24,000 bases of DNA from Terriglobia bacterium (GTDB lineage Bacteria; Acidobacteriota; Terriglobia; Acidiferrales; UBA7541), in the NCBI GenBank assembly GCA_963695545.1, contig OY968796.1, positions 3,140,753 to 3,164,752 on the forward strand, read 5' to 3'. Every line of letters begins with the position of its first letter. The first letter of the stretch is position 1. A model generated the notes under the pieces. That model saw nothing but the letters and a program-made list of their open reading frames with translations, had not been told where the DNA came from and did not search any database. The position numbers and the translations under genes were made by a program. Below are positions 1-8,888 of the stretch, piece by piece.

Positions 1-1237
1 GCAAGGCGTTCAGGCAAGAAGCCGAGCAAGTATGGGCGCTGAGCGGACACCAAAAAAGCGAAGCGATGAAGCCTCGGCCGGGGCGCATAGAACTTGTGCA
101 GCACATGGATAACGTCGAGATCAAGGTCGGGCAGGACACAGTCAAGCGGGAGTTCATGATCAAGGTCACGGCGTCAATGCCGGCACGGTCAAGCCCAAGG
201 CGCAGAAATGGCTATGGCAAAATCGTGTTCCCGCGGGTGCGATCACTTGGGGCGTCGGCAAGCCCGGCAACGCCAAGAGCCTGTGGGCAACCGACCTCGC
301 GGCGCGTGTATCTTCGGGCGCGGATTTTCCCGATGGCGCGAAGAACGAGGGGCGCGAAGAAGGTGCTGATGTACTGCGGTGAGGACGACTGGAGCGCACC
401 GTAGTGCCGAGGCTCATCGTCGGGGCTAACCTCGACAACATCACCCTGCTGGACAACCAATCGTTCGACGTGTTCGACAAAGAATACAACCGCGTTGACC
501 GACGCTCCATCGACCTGGCCAAGACTGCGACACGCTGAACCATCTGGTACACGACCACCCGGAGATCGCGCTGCTGATCCTCGATCCCACCACCGGGGTT
601 TACGGCAGTAGAAATACAAATCACGACAAGGACATGCGCCCGATCATGAACGATCTGCGCGATATGTGCGAGAAGCGCGGGCTGACCATCGTGGGGATCA
701 CGCATACCAACAAGCGGGGGAGGCGGCGGCGATAGACCAAATCCAAGGCGCGTCGAGCATCGCTGGAGCGGCCCGCGGCGCATGGCTCTTCACCCGCGAC
801 CCTGAATCCGACGATGAGCACGCGCATGTCATGTCGTGCATCAAGTCCAACCTCAGCGACAACCATGATGGGCTGAAGCTGTTGACCAAGGCTGTGAAGG
901 TCAATGATGAAGTGGGTGATCACCCGATGATCGTATGGGGCGAGAGCACCAAGATGCAGGCGGACGAGGCGAACCAAGCGTTGAAGGAGAAGCGCGAGAC
1001 CAAGGGCGGCAAGCGGACGCCTCCAAAATCGGCATCCTCGCGATGCTCGGCGAAAAGCCGATGCTGTCCAAGGACGTATACACCGCACTGGAAAAGCAGG
1101 GCTTCTCGGGCGAGACCGTGAAGCGGGCTGCCGCGGAACTGACCAAGGAGTTCCAAATCCATCGCAAGCAGCAAGGCGGTCGCTGGTACATGGTGTTGGC
1201 GGAGCACCTGTATGAGTTCGAGCAGAAACGAGGCTGA
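1..1237 (+). pseudogene. RecA-fold AAA_25/RepA-like replication ATPase (plasmid/phage/ICE type) with a C-terminal winged-helix tail. The 5' end lies outside the window and the gene is broken by at least 6 frameshifts.
   Basis: Protein-like sequence is continuous only when hopping frames. Segments in order: KAFRQEAEQVWAL...VEIKVGQDTVKREFMIKVTA (open from nt 3); KWLWQNRVPAGAITWGVGKPGNAKSLWATDLAARVSSGADFPDG (P-loop-like region, ~206-385); VLMYCGEDD; VVPRLIVGANLDNITLL; EIALLILDPTTGVYG...MRPIMNDLRDMCEKRGLTIVGITHTNK; AAAIDQIQGASSIAGAARGAWLFTRD...MIVWGEST; KIGILAMLGEKPMLSKDVYTALEKQGFSGETVKRAAAELTKEFQI. The stop is at 1235-1237. The family assignment is from remembered AAA_25 motifs. Confidence 0.7.
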
Positions 1238-1290
1238 GGCAAACCCGAGGCTGTGATGGCGTTATCGGCGACGGAGGCTCTGTGAGACCG

Positions 1291-1447
1291 TCAGAAGGTC
1301 ACATCTGTGTGTGTTACGTTCTGGCGTTCTGACCTTCTGAATATAATTTATATACTTTATGAAAGAAACAAAGGAGTTAGTGGTCAGAAAGCCAGAACGC
1401 CAGAAGGTCAGAAAGTCAGTGGTATCGGTCACGAGATGACCTTCTGA
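1291..1447. repeat. Iteron-like repeat cluster around an AT-rich core; candidate replication origin or operator
   Basis: TCAGAAGGTC occurs at 1291-1300 (+) and 1400-1409 (+, as cCAGAAGGTCa). GACCTTCTGA, its reverse complement, occurs at 1331-1340 and 1438-1447. Degenerate copies GGTCAGAAAG/GTCAGAAAGTCAG lie at 1382-1420. GTTCTGGCG (1318-1326) is mirrored by CGCCAGAAC (1392-1400). The core at 1341-1380 (ATATAATTTATATACTTTATGAAAGAAACA) is strongly AT-rich in an otherwise GC-rich window. Confidence 0.6.
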
Positions 1448-2168
1448 GGCTTGGGCGTTTGGCGATCACATCTCGCGTGCTCTCTCAAGCTTTTTGCGGC
1501 ACCACTCAGCACCAATTCCGCGACTTTCAAATCCATTTCGTGAAGCAGAGTTTTGGCAGTCCCGGCAGCATTGCTGATCTCGCCGATCACACGAAATTGC
1601 CATCGTTAATGGCAAATCGTGCTGATGCACCTTGTAACCAAGAACGTGGAGTCATGCCGAAAGCCGCTCAGAGCCGAGTCTACGGAGGAAATCTAAGAAA
1701 TGCGTGCAAGACCGCAGGTGAAAACATACCTGCTCATCACCAAGCTCCAGCGCTGGGCGCGTATCGGGGCGTATCCTAGCTGTTATCCCAACTGCTCGGC
1801 GTCAATCGCCCGCCGCAACTACGCACGGCTGTACGCACGACACGAATCGTTGGCCCGCAGCATAGGGCTTACCCCAATTTCGGCTTATCCTCCGCTTTGA
1901 TCCTGAGAGTCTTCGAACGATGGCATACCCACGCATGGACGAAATGGTCTGGATCGGCGGCGCTGGTGGTGGTTCCCCGGAAGGCAGATCACCGTGGAGT
2001 CGCACTTCGAGTGGAAAAACGGCAGGGCTTACCTGCTGGAACCCGATGGCACCGCCATCGAGGGAATTCTGTTTGTCGGCGAAGTCGCGTCCGATTGACG
2101 CGTCAACTCTGAGCGACCTTTCAGCGTCCGCAAGCCGAGATCAATCGTCCTCTTTTGCGTTGGCTCGA

Positions 2169-2174
2169 TATAAT
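2169..2174 (+). promoter_or_regulatory. Possible -10 box (TATAAT) for the 2196..2981 gene
   Basis: A perfect TATAAT lies 22 nt upstream of the ATG, followed by the purine-rich GGGAAAGGG as an RBS. No convincing -35 element was seen. Confidence 0.3.
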
Positions 2175-2195
2175 GGTGGTTGGGAAAGGGCAGGT

Positions 2196-2981
2196 ATGAA
2201 CTCGGAAAAGAAACGGATTGAGGCTTACATGCTTGCCGCCGCCCGCAAAGCAGGCGTGCCAATACCGACTGGCGAAACGCCCGACGAGGAACCAGATTTC
2301 AGGTTCAACGATGAAACTCCGGCATTGGGAATTGAGCTTTCCGAGGTGTTACGCCCTGCCAGTAGCAATCACGGGATTGTGCCCGTTGAGGAGGATTCCT
2401 TTCATAAGGACATCATCACGAAAGCCCAACTCCACTACTACGATGCGCCTGATGCCAAGCCTGCTCATATTAGCGTTTATTTCACGAACACTAGGGGTGG
2501 GAAACGCAACAAAGCGGGACTGGCTCGTGCTCTTGCTGGGTTTGTGAAGGCTAATGTTCATCGGGCGAATCCTTTTGTGAGTTTGTACCGACCCGAAACG
2601 CCGGATGGTTTCGATTCCATTGTCATCAGTGCTGAATCAAGAGATTGGTGGTGCGGAGAAGGCGGAGGTTACACGCTTGATGACATACGCCCTCAAGTTG
2701 CCGCCAGAATCAGCGACAAAGACAAACTGGTGCAGACTTACCGCGCCAACTTGCCAGAGGGCGCGAACGTTTGGCTGCTCCTTTACACTGGCGTCACCGT
2801 AGCTCGAAGCATGATGATTCCGCACGGAATAGAGACGTGGAAATTCCCGTTCCGGTTTGACAGAGTGTTTTGGTTTACCGCTTTAGAGGGACAATTTGCG
2901 GAGATTCAACGAGCAGAAGCCGCGAACGTAGCGGGGCTACCCATGCCCTCCCGCTCGTTTTCATCGACTATTGTGCCCTGA
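2196..2981 (+). CDS. Hypothetical protein (261 aa), intact; weak PD-(D/E)xK-like N-terminal motif
   Basis: This is the internal ATG of ORF 1920..2981, preceded by GGGAAAGGG and TATAAT. The upstream 92 codons are Ser/Gly/Pro-rich and not protein-like. The motif EEPDFRF...PALGIELSEV resembles the D...E-x-x acidic core of nuclease-fold proteins but lacks a clear Lys. No family was recognised. Confidence 0.55.
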   Translation: MNSEKKRIEAYMLAAARKAGVPIPTGETPDEEPDFRFNDETPALGIELSEVLRPASSNHGIVPVEEDSFHKDIITKAQLHYYDAPDAKPAHISVYFTNTRGGKRNKAGLARALAGFVKANVHRANPFVSLYRPETPDGFDSIVISAESRDWWCGEGGGYTLDDIRPQVAARISDKDKLVQTYRANLPEGANVWLLLYTGVTVARSMMIPHGIETWKFPFRFDRVFWFTALEGQFAEIQRAEAANVAGLPMPSRSFSSTIVP

Positions 2982-3309
2982 CTTTAATCCGCGCCTCCCG
3001 TGCCCAATTTGGTGTACGAGAACGTCAGCCCTGCCTGCCGGAACCTGCGTTGTGGTAGTTAGTAACCCCCAAGTGCCCTAAGTTTGTCCTACCGAAGGGC
3101 GGCTGACCTTTCACGTTTAGCATTAATAGCAGGAGACACCTTCTGCTACCCCAGAAACGCACCCCTGAGTGGCGGCGTCAGCATTTGCTGACCGCCGAGG
3201 ACTTCGCGAGGACGCTGTCGGACTCGGAGTTGTTGGAACGGTGCATGTGCCCGCAGGCGCGATCATGCCCGAGCAATTCTGTCCACTCGCGAAAATAAGA
3301 GGAAGAAAA

Positions 3310-4009
3310 ATGAAGAAATCTGACAAGCAACGCATCCGCGAAACGGCTCTGGCAATGGACAAGCCGTTCACCGTGCAGACCCTCAAGGGCCGTCTTGCCC
3401 GACCTTGTGTTCACATCGGCTGCGCCGAAAGGCAGGGAATGGCGTCGCGTGCTGGACGAGATGATGGCGGAAGGTGTTCTAGTCGTCCACAGTCAGGGTG
3501 CGAGCATCCCAGCGGGTGGAAATGAAAGCGACGACAAGCAGAGGCAGTATGTCGTCTCCACGGCGGCAACGGCACAGGCACGAGCCGAGACACCGACTGT
3601 ATTGGAATCTGTTCGGGCAGAGGTGGACGCAGGCGAGTATGAAGGGCTGTCGCTCAATGATGACGCGGTTGACCGAATCTACCACGGGCAGCGCAATGGC
3701 AAGGTACGCGCCGAGAAAGGCGACATCTGGGATATGGCAAGGCATGTGATCGCGACCCGCAGCGGTCGCAAATTGCCCGACATCCTGCCGGATGTGCTCT
3801 CTGTCCTGCGCAAGCGTCTGCCCGGCGATTCGTTCGTGGTCGCGGACTTGGCGCACGAGTTGCGCACTGGCGTAGACGGACGCCTCGGACGCACCTGCGA
3901 GAAGCTTTACAAGCAGGGCGTGCTCGACCGCAAGAGGGATGAGGGGGAGAGTGGACGTTGGCGTTACACAATTAAAGCCGACCTTTGGCAAAAGTCGGTG
4001 CTCGCTTAG
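3310..4009 (+). pseudogene. Double winged-helix (MarR/Rep-like wHTH) DNA-binding protein with one frameshift near 3390-3400
   Basis: ATG 3310 is preceded by AAGAGGAAG. MKKSDKQRIRETALAMDKPFTVQTLKGRL (frame of ORF 3169..3525) continues in the frame of ORF 3395..4009 as PDLVFTSAAPKGREWRRVLDEMMAEGVLVV. The C-terminal part FVVADLAHELR...CEKLYKQGVLDRKRDEGESGRWRYTI looks like a wHTH wing. Confidence 0.5.
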
Positions 4010-4056
4010 ATTTCCTGTTTTTCACGTTGCTCTCTTTAACCCACCCCCCAAGGAGT

Positions 4057-4725
4057 TCACCATTTTCTTACGCGTTCGCGATAACGCCGAATGACACGCT
4101 TGCTCACTTTGCCTTCGGCATCCTCGATTAGCTCTCGCATGGAATGTTGCGCTGCAAAGCATCCATAGATTGCGTGCCTGCCCGAACTCTCGTCGATAAT
4201 TCTGTGCAGTTGCTTAGCAGAGAACGGGCGAAACCCCAGCAGCCCCCGCGCTGCAATCGGGACTTCGGTCTTGAAATCGTTCGCTGCCAAGAACGCCTGA
4301 ATCGCACCATCGCGGGCGATGGCCCCGAATTCCTCATTCTTGCCCGATGCACGCAGCTACATCCCAAGCAGAGGCGTACGACGATTCTTCGTTCCATTTC
4401 AACGCTTGAATGTGGTCGATGAAGCCGTGAGGATTCTCATCGCGGTGGATTTTGACCGGAATTATCGCTTTTCCGAGGGCGAGTGCAAACCCGGTTTCTT
4501 GGTCTGTCCAGTCTGATTCAGAGAAGGCCTTGGTAAGCAGCGGGATGAAAATGTCGCACTCGCGCAGAGCCTTTCTAATCTCGGTGCGCCAGCCGGGCAG
4601 ACGGGACGGATGTCTTCGTGGGCCAGAAACGCGTCGAAGCCAAACTCTTCAAGACCCGCCTTCAGTCCTCCGGCGAGCTTTTTCGCCTTATGCGAGTAGC
4701 TTAGAAAAATGTTTAGAGGTTCCAT
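4057..4725 (-). pseudogene. TIR-domain protein with an unknown ~90-aa C-terminal domain; 2 frameshifts
   Basis: Translation of the reverse strand gives three segments. The first is MEPLNIFLSYSHKAKKLAGGLKAGLEEFGFDAFLAHEDIRP. After a frameshift near 4590-4605 comes WRTEIRKALRECDIFIPLLTKAFSESDWTDQETGFALALGKAIIPVKIH...ACIG. After a frameshift near 4340-4350 comes NEEFGAIARDGAIQAFLAANDFKTEVPIAARG...RRYRERVRKW*. IFLSYSH, CDIFIPLLT and S-x-W-x-x-Q-E are classic TIR_2 blocks. Confidence 0.75.
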
Positions 4726-4726
4726 G

Positions 4727-5314
4727 TCATTTCTCGGGCTCCGCAGGTAAGACCGCGTTCTGCGCCGAACGTACGGCTTTCACATAAATCACGCCATCTG
4801 CGCCGTTCGGTAATTTCCCTTGATAGGAGTGCGGAACCGTGACCAAGAACGCCTGACTACGAGGAGTTACAGCCGTCTTGTGACTGGCTTCAATGATCCT
4901 GAAAAGCCCCTCGCAGTATCCTCCGAGATGGTTGCAGTACGCTTCTAGTTTCATGTTCAGTTCCCGTTCCTGCACCGCCTTTTGTATCTCCACTTCGTCG
5001 AGCGGAGCACGTTGTTCAGGGGTCTTGGCATCCAACGGCGGAAAAACACGGGCAATGAATGCGTCAGTGGAACCGTCGTGCAGCGTGACAATCACCCCGG
5101 CAAACTGGTGGGACAAATTTCGATACTCCTGAATCTCGTTGACAGTCGGGTCGTCGTCGAGGGCCTTGACGAGTTCGTCGTGCCGCCCTTTCGTCACAAT
5201 ACCTTCCTGCTTGCACCGTCTGTATGCCGTGCACAGCAATTCAGCAAGATGGCGAAGCTGCCAGAGAACGCCTGCGAAATGCGCACGGAACACAGTCGCG
5301 TCCTCCTGAAGCAT
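4727..5314 (-). CDS. Unknown protein X (195 aa as an intact ORF), translationally coupled to the TIR gene; probably longer ancestrally, starting ~5595-5620 with a frameshift near 5315-5325
   Basis: Stop TGA 4727-4729 is 1 nt from the TIR ATG 4723-4725 (AAA TGA C ATG GAA). Protein-like sequence continues upstream in another frame (QDFDGMVAEVWHTLNVCLYHAAYVRVYADTGAM, ORF 5194..5595). No motif was recognised. Confidence 0.5.
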   Translation of the reverse strand: MLQEDATVFRAHFAGVLWQLRHLAELLCTAYRRCKQEGIVTKGRHDELVKALDDDPTVNEIQEYRNLSHQFAGVIVTLHDGSTDAFIARVFPPLDAKTPEQRAPLDEVEIQKAVQERELNMKLEAYCNHLGGYCEGLFRIIEASHKTAVTPRSQAFLVTVPHSYQGKLPNGADGVIYVKAVRSAQNAVLPAEPEK

Positions 5315-5616
5315 CTCACGTTAGCCTGCGAGAACGGTTGAGTCGCTGTGTGTGCGCGCTTGCTCCCAGCCAAGCACATCGCACCCGTGTCCGCATAAAC
5401 CCTCACGTACGCTGCGTGATAAAGGCAGACATTCAGCGTGTGCCAGACCTCGGCGACCATGCCGTCGAAGTCTTGATTGGGAGTGAACGTACCCTGTCCA
5501 TGTTTTGCGCTTCCTCGCCTCAAACAACGGCTCGAACGACGCTTTGGAATCACCTGCTCGCTCACAAAGGTGCTTCGAGCGGGGGCGTAAATCATCGCGG
5601 AGCGATTCGCCGGGCT

Positions 5617-7157
5617 TCAAGCTAATGGAGCGGAGGAGGAACGCCGTCGCAACTGGATCGAGATCGACAGCTTGAACGCGATCTTCAGTTGACTGCGCTC
5701 GTTCGGATACGGCAGCACTTCCCACTTGAGTGCGGCTCGTAGAATCCGTTTCGTCCGCCCGTCGCCATAAAATCCAACTGACGCTTTCCGGCTATCGTCC
5801 TTAAAGAAATCACAGCCTTCCGAGGTTAGCAGTTGTTTTTGTTGGGCACTACTACGCTGTACCTCAGTTTTCCGAAGCGGCGATCACGGGTCAGAAGATG
5901 AACGTTTCGGGCGTCGAAGACCCTGCCATCCGGCCGCCGGAATTTTTCCGTGGGGTTCGTGAAGCCGCAAAATGACCCATTCTAACGACTGGTAAACAAT
6001 TCCGAGTTCATTTCCCTTTGGATCGGCATAGGCGACGAAAATGTTGTACCCCCCCTTTCTCATCTCTCGGCTTGCAGGCTGATCAATAAGGTAGCCGCTG
6101 AACCCGTGTGGGTTCTACCATCCGTAGAACGCCTGATTGGGTCAGCCCAACGCAGAGTGCAGCCGCGTGTGAGCGGATTACCTTCTGTGCATGCTCGGAG
6201 CCGCAGACAGACGCCTTGACCTTCGTACCAGCCGTACTGCCAAAACAAACGCAGCCTGCAATGTATTGCCGAAGGACAAACCGTAAGCAAATTCGGAACT
6301 GCCGAGCGGACTCGCCAGCCATTCAAAGGCGACAACCAAATTGCGTGCCTCAGCAAGGGAAATCTCCTTGACGGTCGCGTTTTTGAAATCAGAGGCTAAT
6401 GCCATTTTTTCGGCAAGGAGCGGATCGGGTTGTTCTGCCATACGTTCGCGGTTCACGCGCTGGAAGGCTTTGCCATTTGCTGGATAATCCTCAAAGTCTT
6501 TGGAAATTTGTTTCTCGCACTCCCCAGCGTGCTTCGCCAAGTTCCTCAAAGCAAGAGTCAGCTTCTTGGTGATCGTCGGGCTGAGCCGACTGCGAAGCTG
6601 GGTTACTTTTTCCAGCTTCTCCCTACGGCTGGCCGATTCGAGGTCGCGAATCAACTCTGACGCAACGAGATTCACGTCCGGCTCCGAAATTACGCCAGTC
6701 GGCGTGACGATCTCTCTGATCTCGCGAAGCAAGCCGCTGTAGTCAGTTCTCCGTTTTTCTCTCGCGCCTGAACGAGAGCCTTTTCAAACGTAGCATCATC
6801 AACGAGGCGCGCGATTCTCTGCCACTTCGCGCTCTGATCCTTCGATATACCGATTTCCTCTAGTGTGGGCGGATTGGCGGTCGGTCTGCTCGACCGCCTT
6901 TTGACTCCATCCTTACGCGGTCGTCCTTCACCCCTTGTGCCGGGGTTCTTTTCCATTTCAAGCAAGAGTTGTCCTGTCCTGCGCTCGGCACGAATTCTTA
7001 TCTCCGCTGCCTGATTCTGGAGTTCAAAGTCGCCCGCCTGCTTGGCGTAAACGCGAACGGCTTCCGCTTTGTCACGGATCGCCTTCACCTCATCGACACG
7101 GTGGGCGGCGGCGAGCGCACGTCGGGCGGCGTCGTAACGAATGAGCGCGACAGTCAT
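5617..7157 (-). pseudogene. Fusion of a helical N-terminal domain (RYDAARRAL...ELTTAA type, common in phage/plasmid proteins) with a GNAT-fold Mom-like acyltransferase-like domain; at least 5 frameshifts
   Basis: Frame-hopping translation gives, in order: MTVALIRYDAARRALAAAHRVDEVKAIRDKAEAVRVYAKQAGDFELQNQAAEIRIRAERRTGQLLLEM...GISKDQSAKWQRIARL...GELTTAA; LLREIREIV...KEISLAEARNLVVAFEWLASPLGSSEFAYGLSFGNTLQAA; CFGSTAGTKVKASVCGSEHAQKVI; PLTRGCTLRWADP; NPHGFSGYLIDQPASREMRKGGYNIFVAYADPKGNELGIVYQS; NGSFCGFTNPTEKFRRPDGRVFDAR; then ...LKWEVLPYPNERSQ with stop at 5617-5619. The 'AYAD..G..G.IYQ' and 'RG....WA' blocks match my memory of Mom-family proteins. This was not verified by a search. Confidence 0.5.
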
Positions 7158-7160
7158 ATT

Positions 7161-7174
7161 CAGAGAATTCTCTG
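7161..7174. promoter_or_regulatory. Perfect 14-bp palindrome CAGAGAATTCTCTG in the divergent intergenic region
   Basis: It sits 4 nt upstream of ATG 7155-7157 of the minus-strand gene and 55 nt upstream of the SIR2 ATG (7229). It is a candidate operator for a dimeric regulator. Confidence 0.3.
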
Positions 7175-7228
7175 GCAGCAAAGGACAACGTCAAGCTACG
7201 AGAGCCGTGAAGTGGTATCTTTTTCGGC

Positions 7229-8265
7229 ATGACATCGGACAGGCGCACGGTTTTCGTAGTGGGAGCGGGTTTCTCCGCTGATCTTGAATACCCGCTTACT
7301 TCTCAACTGCTGCCCCGAGTCAGAAATCGTTTCGACAAAGCGTTTTCGACGCAGTTTGACGAGGTGGTCAGATTTCATCACCCCGGATGGGACAGGCGAC
7401 GGGCTACGCTTCCCGACATCGAACAACTGTTGACGGAATTGTCTGCAAACGAAGAGTTGCTGCCTGCGGTTCGTTCGGACTCCCGTTCGATAGCGTTACT
7501 CTCGAACGGTTTCGGGAGGAATTGCTGCGCCTCGTTGCCGTTTGGTTCCACGAAATCCATCAGAAACGCTCTTCGGCGGGCGACAGATCATTGGATCGCT
7601 TTCTGAAGCTTATAGGCGAATCAGAGAATCCAGTGGTGATCTCTTTCAACTGGGATTACGAGTTGGACGAAGCGTTGTTCGGCAAGAATGGCAAATCCCC
7701 AGACCTAACCCGCGAAAGTTACGGGCTAAACACGGGAAAGCTCGCGAGTCCCGCGTTGCTGAAACCACACGGATCACTGAATTGGTATCCCTCTCGTTCC
7801 GGCAAGCACATACAACGTGACTTGCGATTACGGCTGTGGAGATCATCTGGGTCGGAGCCGTCCATGTACTGTTTCATGCGATGGCGGGCGGTACGCTCGA
7901 CGCAGGGACGGCGATATGTACCGTGGATTGTTCCACCGACACACTGGAAACGATTCGACCATTCGATGATGAAACACATTTGGAAGCGGTGTGTGGATAC
8001 TCTGAGCACCGCTCGTCGAGTGTATTTTCTGGGTTACTCGCTGCCGCTTGCGGATTGGCATTCCAGATACATTTTTCGCTGTGGGTTCCATAATCAAATT
8101 GAAGGACTACCGCTGGCGGGTGGAGGGCGTGCGAAGCCAACCCGATTGGCAAAGGTCACGGTGGTGAACCCGGATAGCGTCGCCGTTCAGAGGATAGAAA
8201 CGACGTGTGGAGTGAAAGCCCGCTGGATCGACGACACGATCAGATCATGGCTACGATCCCGTTGA
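7229..8265 (+). pseudogene. SIR2_2-family (defence-type sirtuin-like NADase) protein, ~345 aa, with one frameshift near 7470-7480
   Basis: VFVVGAGFSADLEYPLTSQL gives the Rossmann NAD-binding start. After the frame switch (ELLPAVRS -> GLPFDSVTLERFREELL) come PVVISFNWDYELDEAL (N/D motif), LLKPHGSLNW (catalytic His motif) and RVYFLGYSLPLADWH. No second domain such as SLOG, HerA partner or TM segment is present. Confidence 0.75.
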
Positions 8266-8586
8266 TTGAGCGTATTTCGAGCACGATGTGTCATCGGTTT
8301 TTGCTTGTCCCTGCCCTGCGGCTGCGTCCGACCTCGATCTGCTCGCGTTTATTTAACCTATCTTCCAGCGTCACCGTAAGCTGCTGATGTCAAAGGGCGA
8401 ATTTCGCCGATTTTGACAGCCCAAATTTCATCCGTTAGATGAACATTACGGGAGCCGGGCGATGAAACCGTTTTCGGCTGAGAATAATCTTCATCTCTCT
8501 ACTGCTTCGCTCGCTGGAAACTGACCTGACCGGGGTTTTTTGTACCAGCGGGAGTGAGAGAGAATTCACTCTGGAGGGAAGCTGGT

Positions 8587-8865
8587 ATGCCGATGAGGAG
8601 ATACAAGCCGGAGCAGATCGTCACGCTGCTGCGGCAAGTTGAAGTTGAAATCGCCAACGGAAAGAGCACCCCACAAGCCTGCAAGGAAGCCGAGATCACC
8701 GCGCAGACCTACTACCGCTGGCGGAAGGAATACGGCGGCCTGAAGTTGGATCAAGCGAAACGCCTCAAAGAGTTGGAGCGGGAAAACGCCAAGCTGAAAC
8801 GGTTGGTGGCGGAGCTTTCGTTGGAGAAGCAAATTCTGAAGGATGTGGCAGAGGGAAACTTCTAA
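8587..8865 (+). CDS. IS3-family transposase OrfA (HTH + leucine zipper)
   Basis: MPMRRYKPEQIVTLLRQVEVEIANGKSTPQACKEAEITAQTYYRWRKEYGGLKLDQAKRLKELERENAKLKRLVAELSLEKQILKDV. The RBS GGAGGGAAG lies upstream of ATG 8587. Confidence 0.9.
   Translation: MPMRRYKPEQIVTLLRQVEVEIANGKSTPQACKEAEITAQTYYRWRKEYGGLKLDQAKRLKELERENAKLKRLVAELSLEKQILKDVAEGNF
8853..8859 (+). other. Candidate programmed -1 ribosomal frameshift heptamer G GGA AAC
   Basis: In the orfA zero frame the codons are GAG GGA AAC TTC TAA, which fits the X XXY YYZ pattern. After a -1 slip the reading is GKLLSPERRRSAVEHARESYQVSERHACRLLGQ, joining orfB without a stop. The orfB frame is open well upstream of 8853. Confidence 0.6.
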
Positions 8866-8888
8866 GCCCTGAGCGGCGACGTAGCGCG

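Noticed and set aside
1920-2195. N-terminal 92 codons of ORF 1920..2981, and a possible small remnant (...QITVESHFEWKNGRAYLLEPDGTAIEGILFVGEVASD*) in another frame ending near 2098
   Set aside because: The extension is low in complexity and the internal ATG 2196 has an RBS and a -10 box. The short remnant is protein-like but has no ATG start codon (only an internal GTG), needs a frameshift and has no recognisable family, so it is not reported as a feature.
6049-6055. C7 homopolymer first suspected as a frameshift site in the GNAT/Mom-like pseudogene
   Set aside because: On re-translation the minus-strand frame is continuous across it (...GYLIDQPASREMRKGGYNIFVAYADPKGNELGIVYQS). The neighbouring frame breaks lie elsewhere.
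4057-8265. Calling the TIR + SIR2 genes a Thoeris system
   Set aside because: The SIR2 protein has no SLOG or other sensor domain. The two genes are 2.5 kb apart on opposite strands and separated by two other genes. The TIR gene is instead translationally coupled to an unknown gene. Sharing the same parts does not make this the Thoeris architecture.
8388-8418. Imperfect palindrome TGTCAAAgGGCGAAtTTCGCCgaTTTTGACA downstream of SIR2
   Set aside because: It is real as a sequence feature, but it lies 120 nt past the stop, has no U-run and shows no repeat elsewhere. There is not enough to assign terminator or operator function.
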